Origin: Schizochytrium sp. TIO01
Lineage: Eukaryota; Protista; Bigyra: Labyrinthulomycetes
Length of the DNA stretch: 64,000 nt
Assembly: GCA_004764695.1 (NCBI GenBank)
Contig: SMSO01000025.1
Coordinates: 1,798,001-1,862,000 of the forward strand
Direction of reading: 5' to 3'
Position 1 is the stretch's first letter; every line of letters starts with the position of its first letter. The position numbers and the translations under genes were made by a program. Below, in pieces: positions 1 to 12,513 of this stretch. Below the pieces are notes generated by a model. It did not search any database and was not told the origin of the DNA. It saw only the letters and a program-made list of their open reading frames with translations.

Positions 1-171
1 ATAGGAAATGTGTTTTTCGCGCATAAAGCCCTTCACATCACCGTCTCGTTGCCTCAACTCACGTTCGAGGCGGTCGATTTCTGTTGCACGATCCGCAGAT
101 TCTTGCTCGAGAATATTAACGCGGGTCTCTAGTGCCCGCACAGCTTGGCGAGCAAACTCCTGCGTGGCCAT
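1..171 (-). CDS. 5' end of a coiled-coil protein, truncated by the window edge
   Basis: Manual translation from ATG at 171 is open to the edge: MATQEFARQAVRALETRVNILEQESADRATEIDRLERELRQRDGDVKGFMREKHISY. It is heptad-like and E/R/L-rich. Not in the ORF track. Confidence 0.6.
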   Translation of the reverse strand, partial: MATQEFARQAVRALETRVNILEQESADRATEIDRLERELRQRDGDVKGFMREKHISY

Positions 172-1954
172 CTCGCAAAGGAAGACCGGCAAACACTTGG
201 CAAGTCCTGCTCTAACGCGGTTCTAGCTCACCTAGAGTTGAATGGGAAAGTTCGAGTGTGCTTGGAGCGCCTCACCCTGGGCGCAGTACAAAACCAATTA
301 GCGCAAAAGCCGTCGTTTGCTGAAGCCCCGCGACTTTGATTCACTCTCGTGTTCACCACCTTGACTATCTTTCTTCTTCTTCTCCTTGTTTGATAATTTT
401 ATAACTTTAGAACTCCCTATTAGTTGTTATTAGATAACTCATTATTAGGAAGGTGATAAAATCATCCAGTGTATTCAATTTTGCAACGTTGAATGGTTTG
501 AGAAATGGTCTTGTGGTTGTCAACATTCCTTGTGTCATGCGAGTATCCGGACCTTAGATAAAAGAGATATTGGGGATGCTTGTCCGTGGAAAAGAGAGTA
601 AACCAAGATTCGGTTTCTGGGTCTAACATTGCAAACGACCCGATTTGCATAAAGTCAATCGAAGTTCACTAAAAATCCAAGTTGTCGAGACCGAGTTGCT
701 AGAAAGCTCAAGAGAACGCGTGGCCATCTTCTATTATCTGAAGCTAGTAGAAGAAAAGATACACTTCACAACCGCCGAAATGTTTCCAGCATTTCCTTTT
801 GTGAACAATGACGATGGTGATCGGGGCAATCGTCACGTAAGTCACTTGGACCTGCTACTAACTTTGTTAGGTGATCTTTTGAGATTCCTTCGCGTGCCAA
901 TTTCCAGGATCATTGTCGCGAATGTGCACCGAGTGGCCAAAGTAAGGAAGATCGTGTCTTCCTGCTTGATCGCAAGACCTATAACATGTAGTAGAATCAG
1001 CAATTATTGGGTACCAACACACCTTGCTTTGCGAGAACGAAAACACTGGTCGTGTCAAAACATTTGCCTCACTCGTCCAAACAACAGAAGTCTAGCAAAC
1101 ATTTTGTCAATGGCGAACCCTGAAAGTAAACCTCATCACCTTGAATCAACAATCATATATCACTCCAAGCGGCGTGAAGATTTACATCCGTTCTACGTAC
1201 TACCTGGTTTTGTGACTCTTTCTTCATTTGCACTAGCTAGAAGATCGAGTAAACGAACCCTGATCTGCTCCTGCGGTTTCTATGCACCCTGGGTCCCTAC
1301 TACTGGGCAACTGTGATTTTTGATGTCGCCAGCAGCCTCGGAAACGCCAGCAAGTCCTGCAAAAGTAGCAGCGCTCCGAGTTCTAGGAACGACGATATAG
1401 TCCGAAACCCACGAATAAATTGCAATCTCCACAAATAATCGGGATTTCGAGCACTCAGCGCTCCGGACGCGTCAGTCGAGTAATATCCGCACTGCACCAT
1501 TTGTAAGTTCTGAAGGAAATCCTTGCCGAAGGCTGCTCCTTTACGGCAAAGCTAGCCACCCGCTAGGACTTCTTCACCAGTGACTGCTCTAACCCTACAA
1601 AAGGAGAAGATATTTGGTGTAATTTAAAGGCCTATGTTTATAGAACCTTGCTACTACGGACTAGGACTAGGAAAAGTATTTGGTCTAATTGAGACGATAA
1701 CAATCCAGGACAGTGAAGTTAGTTTTGGGCGAGAGGACAAGTCAAAGTGAATGATTGACAGTGCCTTGAAAATTACAAGTAGGGTATATGTGGTCTACAG
1801 TACAGAATACTACTCGTAAAGTGAAGAATAGGGGATGCGTACAGAGGAGCAAAGGCGGAGCCAGATTGCCGCAGCAGACCCGCATTACCTGAGCAAACTT
1901 TCTGTGATTCTCAAGTTTTCGACTCCGTCGTCTTTCCGTTAAGCTCCAGCAAAG

Positions 1955-3344
1955 ATGCAGGCCTCCCTCGCTAACGTCGCTCGCCGCACTGGCCTCAACG
2001 CTGGTCGCCAGGCCACCGTCGCCATGCCCCAGGTCATGCGTGGCGTGCATACCGAGGCCAAGCTCGAGAAGCTCGGATACACCCTCCCCCAGGTTGCCAA
2101 GCCCAAGGGCAGCTACCAGCTCTGTAAGTGAACACGAATCTCAACTCGGAGCCCCCAACCCCCCCCCCCCTACACACAGACACGCCATCGATGGTTTTGC
2201 TTGCTTCTTGGCATCGATTGATCTTGTTGCGCGGGACCACCAAGATTCAATCTGTCAGTGATGGTTGAACAAAGAGAACGAGAGATGTTTGAATGCGCTC
2301 AAATGAATATGCGCACATTCCTTTTTTTCTTTTTTTCTTTTCCATCCTTTGTCATCTTCGCCATTGCCCAGACTGCAGTCTGAGCATAAATTATGTAGCA
2401 TCGAGCCCCTGAGCTGGCATCAGATGACATGCTGGAAATGTAGGATTGAAGAAAAGTTGTGGTAGTAAAAGGAAATAATTGAAAAGGTTGAGGGTTTATT
2501 TGAGAAGAAAGAGGTTGTGTAGAAAAGTTAACTGACAGATTGCGAATGTTGCATGACAAAAATATATTCGACTTGCGAAATTTTATGGCCAAACATAAAT
2601 TTGCACCATCCATGGAAAACGATGGTAACAACTCTTTGTGAACTATTCAATCCATACACAGGCGTCCGCTCCGGCAACCAGATGTTCACCGCTGGCCACC
2701 TTCCCCAGCCCGCTGGTGGTGACCTCATCCTCGGCAAGGTCGGCCTCGACCTCAGCGTCGAGGAGGCCAACAAGGCTGCTCAGTACTGCGCCCTCAGCAT
2801 CCTCGCCACCCTCAAGGGTAAGTTGTGAAAGACCCCATTCTAAAATCGTAGACTTGAGGAAGTCCCCAGATAGTTTCGTGTTAATTCGAAGTCTCAAACG
2901 CCTAACACTTTTGTTTGTTCTATGACGTGCTTTGCAAAACCAAATCTAACTAATTCGCCTTCTTGTGGCATTTCATAATGTGTCCATTCATATCAATTTA
3001 CAGCTGAGATTGGTGACCTCGACCGCATCGTCCGCGTTGTCAAGGTCGTCGGCTTTGTCAACTGCACTGACGGCTTTGCCCAGCAGCCCCAGGTCATCAA
3101 CGGTGCTTCTGACCTCTTCGCCGAGGTTCTCGGCGAGCGCGGCATGGTAAGTCTCCGGCTAGATTTTATATATTTCAATAACATCATCGTCTTGAAAGGG
3201 GGCACATTTGACTAACAAAATATTTTCTTTCATGTCGGGACTACGTAAACCTCTAAACAGCACTCTCGCTCTGCTGTTGGCACCAACGCCCTCCCCCTCA
3301 ACGTCCCCGTCGAGGTTGAGGCCATCATTGAGATCTCCGAGTAG
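1955..3344 (+). CDS. Rid/YjgF/YER057c/UK114 family imine deaminase (Rid1-like), 4 exons, probable mitochondrial presequence, 183 aa
   Basis: Exons 1955-2123, 2662-2817, 3004-3146 and 3261-3344 join through GT(AAG)...CAG introns with consistent phases. Motifs: LEKLGYTLP..PKGSY, FTAGHLP, GKVG, IGDLDRIVRVVKVVGFVN, QPQVINGASDLFAEVLGERG, HSRSAVGTNALPLNVPVEVE. The N-terminus is R/A-rich with no acidic residues. Strong C-ending codon bias. Confidence 0.93.
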
Positions 3345-4396
3345 ATTTTTCAATCTAACAAAGCTTTCCTCGCCTCAGACATTGCTTCGAGTCTGAATTT
3401 GCTGCAATGCGAATAACAAACCTCCAGTAATGTATGATGTGGCCTTTACGGCCCCCTTTGAATAAAAGAAAAAAAAAAAGAAGAAGAAATTTGATGTTTC
3501 CTTTCTTTGTTGAGTGATTTTTCGATTTTTTTAGCACACTCTTTCGCCATCTCGAATCGTTTTGCTTCTTTTGGAAACTCGTCATATACTAGTTGATTGC
3601 TGCGCCTTATTTCCATCGCCGTGATACTGGCGATGTTCTCTGCATTAAACAAGTTGCCCCTTTATAAATCTCCACAACTACTTCCCTGGATGGGGTTCAT
3701 GTAACCTTGTGTTTCCCCTCTTGACATTGCACTACGACGTACACTAGCACCATTCTCGAGGTGTAAGTGTAGCAGCTGAAAGCCGTTTTGCTCCGTGCAC
3801 GTCTAGTTTTGCCTTTTTAATCAAAAAGCTACCTAGAAACAATGCCCTGACCAAGGTATGTTGAGGAGTGTTGCTACTCGCATCTCCAATCAAGGACATG
3901 CTATTTCTGAATACATCCTAAGTGATCGTTGTTTGTGAGAAGAGGGTACTGCCGAGATCACGTCTAAATTAGCGTACACAGTTCCTGTGAGGTCGACCGC
4001 AGCTAAACTTGTCTGCCGAAAAGTTATTTTAGATTCTCTGCAAGTTTGTCTAGCTAATAGGTACGTAGTATGTACTGTCTTTGAGGAGAAGATTGTTTGT
4101 TGTCAGTCGCATTTGCAAATCATTCGTATGATTCATCTTAAACGAAGCTGAGCAGACCTCGATGAAAACTTGTTTGGTCCAAGGGAAGAAGCCCGCGCAG
4201 TCGATCATCCTGTGCTGCCCTCATTGCCACATAGGTTCATCACGTTTCTTCATTCCATTTCCACTTGCAATGAAAGCGACTGCTAACTCCACTAGAAAAT
4301 TACAAGAACTCCCAATGTTTACCTTTCATCAGTCTCCAAGCGCTTACAAGGATGATTTAGAACTGTCTTTTTTTTTGTTTTTTTTCATAGAAGCCT

Positions 4397-4457
4397 TAAT
4401 AATAATAGTAATAATAATGATATTATTATTATTATTATTATTGTTATTATTATTATT
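4397..4457. repeat. (AAT)n followed by (ATT)n trinucleotide microsatellite, self-complementary arrangement
   Basis: aataataatagtaataataatgatattattattattattattattgttattattattattg. Confidence 0.9.
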
Positions 4458-4772
4458 GTGGAGATTGATATTAGTATTTTAAAATTACATAGAACCTGTA
4501 CTTCTAAGTGTAAAGACGTTCTATGTAGAACATCTTTACTGTGTATCGCGTTGGTGCTGGTGCCACAAGTTCAACCCAAGTTTCGAAACCAACCCTCGAC
4601 CCTCCAAAAGACCAGAAACCACGACTGAGCAGTAGCAAACAGCCAGCAAGCTCTCCTGGGCAAAGTTCCAGCTGCCTCTGCGTGTCTGCGTCTCAGTCAG
4701 CCTGTCAGCACGGGCCTCTGCTCCAGTCTTCATCTCCGCAATTACAGTGCTGCTTGTAACTTTATATTCGTG

Positions 4773-5298
4773 TGACAGACAGACAGACAAACAAACAAAC
4801 AAACAAACAAACAACAAAGAATCAAACAAATAAACAAACAAAGAATCAAACAAACAGACAATCCATCTTATGAAAACCAAAGGAATGAATGAATGAATCA
4901 ATCAATTAATCAATCAATCAAACAAACAACCAAATAATCAAATAGTCGATAACAAGGCAGCGAGAGATGGCATTTGTTTCCACGAGATCGACACGCCAAA
5001 GAGCCTGCCTTGGCAAGCAAGCAAGCAAGCAAGCAAGCAAGCTGCAGCCCAACAACCTGCTTCGAGGTCGCTCGTCTCCTTCCTTGTACGTCCGTCTTTC
5101 TGCACGTCTCTACGCATTTATCTCTGCATTATCCATTCATTCATTCATTCATTCATTCATTCATCCCTGAGCTCTTGCTCTGCTCCAGACTCGTCGCGGC
5201 TCTGCGAAGATTAAGATTGCCCAAACAAAGCCTGAGCTTTCTTCTTCTTCTCTGCTGCGACTTTCCTCCTTCCTTCTCTCTCTCTCTCTCTCTCTCTC
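4773..5298. repeat. Compound microsatellite block: (GACA)/(CAAA)/(GAAT)/(CAAT)/(GCAA)/(CATT)/(CT)
   Basis: Directly visible tetra- and dinucleotide runs. Confidence 0.9.
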
Positions 5299-6362
5299 TG
5301 TGCCATGATCGTGATGGCGCCTAGCCTCCAGCTACGCAGGCCGGTAGCAGTGCGTAATTCCACGCCGCCTGGCCTCTCAAAAGTGCGGCTGCAGAGGCGT
5401 CCAATCCATGACTCCTGTAATTCTGGTGCGGGAGTGATGATGGAGGCCCATCCTTTGATACAATTCTGGCGCTGCGCTGAGCCAGAGGGGGTGCTAGGGA
5501 CCTCGGTAGCTGCACCTTAGCGGAAAGAACCCAGAAGAGAAATTCAGGTTAACAGGCTTTGTGTTGACTTGGAAGGAACCGTGTGCGTAATACCATGCGA
5601 GGCGATGACTTTGGGAAAGAGTGCTCTGCTGCTGCGGCTTCTATAAAACGTTGCCTTGGTTTTTGGCCGGCTTGGTTTGTAGGTTTGTAGGGTTATAGGT
5701 TGATCATTCGCCTTCTTTCTTTCTTTCTTCCTTTCTTTCTTCATTATTGTTATTATTACTATTATTATTGTTATTGTTGTTGTTATTATTGTTATTAATT
5801 CAAAATTTAATTTTAGATCATATTGGCCCACATGCATAAATAGTGTCATTGATTGACCGAACGAGAGAACTGCCCGAGCTGCAGAACTCCTCGCAGAGTG
5901 GCAGCTTTGCCAGAAGGCCTGTCGAGGATACCCCTGCCTGGCGGATGCGGCAGAAGCGGGATATCACGTACGCTCAAGTCGGTCCTTTTGGGGGCGGGTT
6001 GGGTCTCTTGATGCCACTGCTGCTTCCTCACTTATTTCTCTGTTTTGCTTCGACCTTCATCTCACTTTTCCATTTTCCATCTTTTTATTATTACGTTACG
6101 AGTACCTTGAATGAAGAAAGATAACGTGGATAAACAAACAAACAAACGGAGACATGCTTCGGCACTACTCGTTCCGCCGCTGCCTCGAGCTCAAAGCCCC
6201 TCAAACCTACTGTATGTACCTATGTATGTATGTATTTATGTATGTATGTATGCCTCGAGCGTCGAATTGAGGGCCTAAACGCACTCGCCCTTATTGGCAT
6301 CAGCCCAAATGCCTCCTCCCTTTGAAAACCACACCAGCAGCCTAGGCACCCACTAGCCAGGT

Positions 6363-6421
6363 GCCTAGCAGTAGCGCCTCGCAGTAGCGCCTCGCAGTAG
6401 CGCCTAGCAGTAGCGCCTAGC
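6363..6421. repeat. 13-bp minisatellite GCAGTAGCGCCT(C/A) x4
   Basis: Units start at 6368, 6381, 6394 and 6407. Confidence 0.9.
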
Positions 6422-7084
6422 TAGCTGGCTACCCACCACATCGTGGTAATTCGAGGAGCGCAGTTATTATTGGTACTATGGCAGAACTTACAACTTTGTT
6501 GAAATCGAGGAAAAGGGCAGAAAAAGAAGTGCAGCGGGAATAACGTGCGCATGGATGGCCTCTGCTCTCTCTCGTGCATGCGAATGCGAGCATTTGCTTG
6601 CTTGCTTGCCTGCTTGCCTGCTTGCCTGCTTGCTTGCTTTCACGGCGTGGTTTGGCTAAAGAGCTCTTGAGGCCTCAGCTCAGGTAACCGGGTAGTGAGA
6701 GCTCACTCGCAGACGCACCGCGAAGATTGACACAGACAGAGAAGTCGTCGATGAAGCGGCTGTTTTTCTTGCCAGTGGATGACTTCTTGCTCACCCCACT
6801 CAGACTTTAGTACTCTACTTAACATCTGAGAGGGAAACTGAAACTTCGAAGTTCAAGTTGTTGGGAAAAAGAAAGCAAGAACTGCCGCCTGCAAAATCGT
6901 AGTTTCTCTCGTGCGTGGCACTTTTAGGAAACCAACCAGTTCGTTCACTTCGCCGCCTCACGAGCCGATGACTCCCTCCCTCCCTCTGCCAGGAGCTGCC
7001 TAGTCTCCTTTTATCTACGGCGTGCAAGGAATTGATTGATCTATCCAAGATCACCGAGTTAGGGAAACCAAGGCTTCACCAATC

Positions 7085-7337
7085 ATGAATGAATGAATGA
7101 ATTGAACGAATGAATTGAAGAAATGAATGAATGAATGAATGTATGTATGTATGAATGAATAAATGAATGAATTGAAGAAATGAATGAATGAATGAATGAA
7201 TGAATGAATGAATGAATGTATGTATGTATGTATGAATGAATGAATGAATGAATAAATGAATGAATGAATTGAAGGAACGAATGAACGAATGAATTGAAGA
7301 AATCAATTGAAGGAATGAATTGATTGAATGAATGAAT
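7085..7337. repeat. Long compound (GAAT)n/(GTAT)n microsatellite
   Basis: About 250 bp of near-continuous GAAT with GTAT and GAAGAAAT variants. Confidence 0.95.
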
Positions 7338-7887
7338 GATCAGGTCACTGCTTTCTTGCCCCATATCACCTCTTACTGCGGCAGTTATTTGCGCCATTCT
7401 AGCTCAGAGAGAGAGAGAGGGAGAGAGGCCGATAGCAGCGCAGACTGACTGGAGAGAGAACGAAGTGCAGCAGCTTCTTTCTACTGCGTCATCCTTCACT
7501 GTTGTCACGCCAAGGCGCGCAGAAGGCCGCCGAAGCTGCTGTGCTCAGGCCTCCTCCGCGGTCCGTTCTGAGCACCACTGCGACGGTTCCTGAGCCTGAG
7601 CGGACTTGAGTGGAAAGGCGCCGCTCTTCATCAGGAAAGGAAATGAATCCCATCCCATGCTCTCTCAAGAGAATTACCGCCACGGAGTGACTGACCTTTT
7701 CTTTCCCCTTTCCTCAGCTTTTGCGCCTTCCCATCCGCTTTATATCCTCCTAACCCGAATCTTAGTGCTTCGATTACCCTTCTCTCTGTCTTCTTCCCTT
7801 AAACAGGGTAATTTTATTTTATTTTTCAAGATTATAATTACAATAAAAGCACTTTCCAAAAAAATGTTTTTTTAATTTAAATTAATT

Positions 7888-7947
7888 ATCGATCGATCGA
7901 TCGATCGATCGATTCATTGAATTTCTTTCTTTCTTTCTTTCTTTCTT
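7888..7947. repeat. (ATCG)n palindromic run followed by (TTTC)n
   Basis: atcgatcgatcgatcgatcgatcgat...tttctttctttc. Confidence 0.9.
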
Positions 7948-8259
7948 GATTGAAACCAAACCAACTCCGGCGGAGCAAACTCCGGCGCGGCCCCGCCCCG
8001 TAGAGTGACGAGAAGCCTCGGCTGAGTCCCCCTCGCTCGCCTCGTCTTCGGGCGCGCAGGCTGAGATCTCAGCAGGACAACCAACTTGAAGAGCGCAGAA
8101 GCGGGAGAAAGGAGAGAAAGAAAGAAGGAAAGAAAGAAAGAAAGTAAGTAAGTCAGAGAGTAAAAAAGAAAGAAAGAAGGACGCGGAAAATCGAGTGTTC
8201 CCCTCGAGTGCGGCTCGGAACTGGTCGTTTCCATCGCTTAGCATGAAGCAATTCGCTCA

Positions 8260-8431
8260 CATTTCCTCGTACATTTCATTCCTGCATTCCTGCATTCCTT
8301 CATTCTTTTATTCACTCATTCCTTCGTTCTTTTATTCATTCATTCCTTCATATATTCACATATTTATTTATCCACTCACTCACTCATTCATTCATTCATT
8401 CATTCATTCATTCATTCATTCATTCATTCAT
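8260..8431. repeat. (ATTC)n microsatellite with a degenerate 5' part
   Basis: Directly visible. Confidence 0.9.
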
Positions 8432-9032
8432 ACGCTCGATCCTTCGGTGGCTCGTCCTCCGCCGCGGCCAGAAGGCATCGCTCCTCGCCGTCGAAGGCAG
8501 GCGGCGCTCTGGTCGCTACGGCCCAAGCTGCCGCAGAGGATATTGGCGACGATGGTGGCATTTATTTATTTATTTATTTATTTATTTATTTGATGGAGGG
8601 ATCGGCAGATAGATTGACTGAGAGATGATGCACTGAGATCGATCTCTCTCTGTCTGTGTTTACTCTATTTGTTGCAGACATGAGATGAGATGACATATCA
8701 CATGAGATGACATAGCACATGAGATGACATGAGAACCGAACTGATTCGAGCAGATCGTTCGTTCTTTCTCTGTGGACAGCTAACTGCTGCAAAGGCGGCT
8801 GTCACTGAGCGAGAGGGGATCGAAGCGGAGGACAGAGACCGCGTTTGAGCTGAGCTTGGCCTCGAGGGGATGGCTTCGGCTGATCGATCGTGGAGAGCGA
8901 TCTCAGTCCTGCTTTGCGAGCTAGCTCTTCGTTGGTTGTACCTGCGGCTTTGGTATTCATTGTTTATTTATGTTTATAAGTTTCATTCATTAGTTTATGC
9001 GTTTTTGCGCTTAGTTTTGAGGAATGCCGAGC

Positions 9033-9252
9033 GAATGAATGAATGAATGAATGAATGAATGAATGAATGAATGAATGAATGAATGAATGAATGCATAAGT
9101 TGGTGAAAGAAATGGCTTCTTTGAGGGCCAATAGCAATTCATTGCTGAGGGAGGTCGATCAGCTGCAGAGCAGGTACTGACGATGAGCTGGGAACGTAAA
9201 GAAGCAAAGAAACAAAGAAACAAAGAAACAAAGAAACAAAGAAACAAAGAAA
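9033..9252. repeat. (GAAT)n run (9033-9093) and (AAAGAAAC)n octamer run (about 9205-9252)
   Basis: Directly visible. Confidence 0.9.
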
Positions 9253-10525
9253 CAGCTTACTTGCTCACTTGTGACATGGAGAAAGTACAGAACTGGTTTT
9301 TAAGCTTATCTTTTTGGAGGGAGAAAGGGACCGAGGTTCTTGAAAGCTCATCGCTGTATTTATTTATTTATTTATTTGTAAAGCTATTCTATCGTGCTCA
9401 AGGAAGGAACTCGACTTGAAAATGAATATACTATTCCTTAGTGCGAAATGGGAAGAGGAACATGATAGGTACCTTCCTACCTGTCTTCGTAAGGAGGTTA
9501 GTTGAAGATTGAAAGAACGTGTGCTGAGTTAAAATTATGAGCAGGAGAAAACGGAAGAACGTAGCAGTATCACATAGGTACTTTAGAATATCTATATATT
9601 TTAAAATTAATGTTTTCCTCGTTTTCTTTCTTTTTTCGTTTTCTTCTTTTCGGTGCTTTCTTTTCAACAAAGTTCGTAGTAAGGAAACATGTTTAAAATA
9701 TTTTAACTAGTAATTTTAAAAATTAAGAAGAAAATGAGGAATAGAATTGCGCTCAGGGCAAAAGCAAAGAAAGAATTCAAGCGACCTCAAAAACCTCACT
9801 CAAGCCAAGGTGCTCGCTCACTCACTCACCTACGACCACAACCTGTCTGCCAATCTGCCTGACTCTCGAACGGACTAAGTTGACCGAGACCAGGGGCAAT
9901 TGCACGAGCTGCCGTTTTTCCTGCTGCCGCTGTGTCAAAAGCATCCCTCAAAGACCCGGCATCTCAGGAGATCACTCACGGCTTTGCTTCCTCATCGTCA
10001 CGAACTAGGCAAAGAACATACATACATAACAACACCTTCAGAGTCTAGGCCACTTTCAGGCCTACTACTAGCTAGGTGCCGATTTCTTGTGCCGATTAGC
10101 ACAACTTCTACAGTCACCACGCTTCCTTGGCACGCAGCCAAGACGCTGTGCGCCAAAAAGCAAAAACTAGCGAACAAGCAGCAAACATAGAATCCAGTCA
10201 GTAAGTCAGTCGGTCGGTCATAAAATCGTTTCAGTCTTGGTTCCAGATTACGTATCGAGCGACATCTCGATTTCTGTTCTCGTGTCGAAGGACTCCGCGT
10301 GTGGCACGATTTGAAAAGTAGTTGTCTTTCCTGGTCGTTCGTTCTTCCGTCGTCTCTGGTTGTTTTATTTCAATCATCTAAATAAATAAAAGTTCAGTAG
10401 GAGTCTATTCTCACTACTACTGACGAGCAAACAGAGCACCCTAAGAGGCACTTGAAACTGAAGGCTCTGCGGCGGCACAGTTCACCAAATTGCAATCGAA
10501 AACGTCGCTGCTGTGGAAATTTAAC

Positions 10526-11371
10526 ATGACGATGGTAGTGGAGGAAGCGCTGCGACGACTGGCGCCCAAAGGGCTTGCAACTCTTAGCCTGGATACCGCC
10601 TCGGGCCCGCTCCCTGAAGACTTTGGACTCCTGGGCAGCGTGCCGGCGAACTCACAGCTAGGGGTGGCCCTTAGCGTGTTGGGTCCTCTCGCTGCAATCT
10701 CTTGCTTTCTTATGCCCATCTCCACGGTGCGCCAAATTCGTAAGAAGAAATCCACAGGAGACCTCCCGCTTCTGCCGTTTTTATGCATGGCTGTACAAAG
10801 TGCTCTCTGGCTTGGCTATGGCATTTTAATGCTGTCCGGACCTATTATTGTGCCTAATTTGCTTGGTCTGACCATGGGTACAATATATACAATCATTTTC
10901 TACGTCAACTACATCGGAGATACCTCCAAGCTCATGCCGCAGTTCTACATTGCGGGGGCAATTCTTGTCTCAATGGGCGTCGCGAGTATTATCCTGACCC
11001 CCGAGGAGAACTTAGCATTGCTTGGTCTTGTTGCAGCTTCAAGCAGTGTTTTCTTCGCAGCCTCACCTCTTGCTGCCATTGTTACTGTGCTTCGCACGCA
11101 GTCCACGGATTCAATGCCTTTGCAAACTTCCTTTACGATGTTCGTGAACGGTTCACTATGGTGCAGCTATGGCGCGCTCGTGGCGAATGATCCAGCCCTG
11201 TATATTCCTAACTTCCTTGGCGGTTCTGCTGGTGCCATCCAGCTTGCTGTTCACATCTATTTGGCCTTGCTTCCCCGAGGAACGACCAAAAACATGTTCA
11301 ATAAGCAAATCCCGAAGGTGAACAAGGTTGTAAACAAGCCTGCGCCGCAGGCCGTGAAATCTATTGTATGA
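10526..11371 (+). CDS. SWEET: SWEET (MtN3/saliva) sugar transporter, 7 TM, about 281 aa
   Basis: Two MtN3 repeats: FLMPISTVRQIRKKKSTGDLPLLPF..ALWLGYG..IIVPNLLG and FAASPLAAIVTVLRTQSTDSMP..SLWCSYG..DPALYIPNFLG. First ATG is at 10526 (the ORF track starts at a TTG). Confidence 0.95.
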   Translation: MTMVVEEALRRLAPKGLATLSLDTASGPLPEDFGLLGSVPANSQLGVALSVLGPLAAISCFLMPISTVRQIRKKKSTGDLPLLPFLCMAVQSALWLGYGILMLSGPIIVPNLLGLTMGTIYTIIFYVNYIGDTSKLMPQFYIAGAILVSMGVASIILTPEENLALLGLVAASSSVFFAASPLAAIVTVLRTQSTDSMPLQTSFTMFVNGSLWCSYGALVANDPALYIPNFLGGSAGAIQLAVHIYLALLPRGTTKNMFNKQIPKVNKVVNKPAPQAVKSIV

Positions 11372-12513
11372 TTTTGGTATCATAGATATGTAGCTTCAAG
11401 AAGCTGGCCTTTTCGCAACCAACAATATCGGCACACGCAGACACGAACACGGAGCCGACATCATCACCACCCACTTTACCACCTCATCCCCTTTCGCTTG
11501 CCTGTTTGATTACTTGATTGCTTTTTAATATTCTTTTGATTTAGTTGGAGAATTTCAAGGAATCCTTGGAATTAGCATAAATCGTTGTTTCTTAAGCATC
11601 AAGAACAAACAACCAGTTTTAACGCACGATGATAGCATGTAATAGGAAAAAAAAAAAAACATAATCAAAAACAAAAACGAGAGATAAAATCGGAAAAGGG
11701 AGAGCTAAGTTAGGCATCAATGTAGTAGCCACGCACCACAACCTACATGGCAAGCAATAGAATGGCAAGATGGTGTAACCCGCCATTAGTTTGGACCCCT
11801 CATTGAAGGACATTTGGTACTTTTGCTCATACAGATAGATTGATCTATATGTATGAAGCTTCGGTATTTATATGCACTTTGTTGGGCCAATTTAATATCC
11901 AATCTCTATAGTACTTGCTCATAGTGTCAATAGCTTTTTAGATTTGAAAAGCTACGTCATGTTGTGCTTGTATCAGCGGTTTGCCAACTACCCCTTTCCT
12001 ACTATATATTTAAGTTGTTATTCATCAGCTTCTTCGTTTGCTGATTCTAGTGCATGCACAGCATTAGCAGGGCGACTTTAATGGCATTCTTGGTGTTGAG
12101 TTACATCAATTATTTGCCTCCTTCAGATCACCTTCTCCCATGTTTCATCTCCACCTGTAATGATTACATTTTCCTTTGCGGTTACCTCATTCGTCCGTAA
12201 TGTTTACGTTTGCTCTTATTCTCTGTTGTATGCAATTATTTTTCAAGTTCGTGTGCTGCTCAAACCTGCCACGAATGATTTTTGGTCAGAAGCATCATTA
12301 ACACTTGCAATGATGTATTGAATGTATAATAATGAAACATCTTTCTCTGCTGGAAGATTATATCGGACTATCCTTCTCGGTTATGAGGCCACTGGAAAAT
12401 AAAAAGATGATATGAGGGAGACGTTCTTTTTCTTTGAATACTTCGATTTCTATCTACTTGAATTAATTTCTTAAGAGTTACGCAGTTTCATACAATATAT
12501 ACGTTGCGGAAGT

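Noticed and set aside
6154-6170. TGCTTCGGCA hairpin resembling the U6 snRNA 5' stem-loop
   Set aside because: No downstream ACAGAGA box or other U6 sequence.
4162-9670. Numerous short ORFs (IHSF, KKER and poly-L/I types)
   Set aside because: They are translations of microsatellites with no protein-like content.
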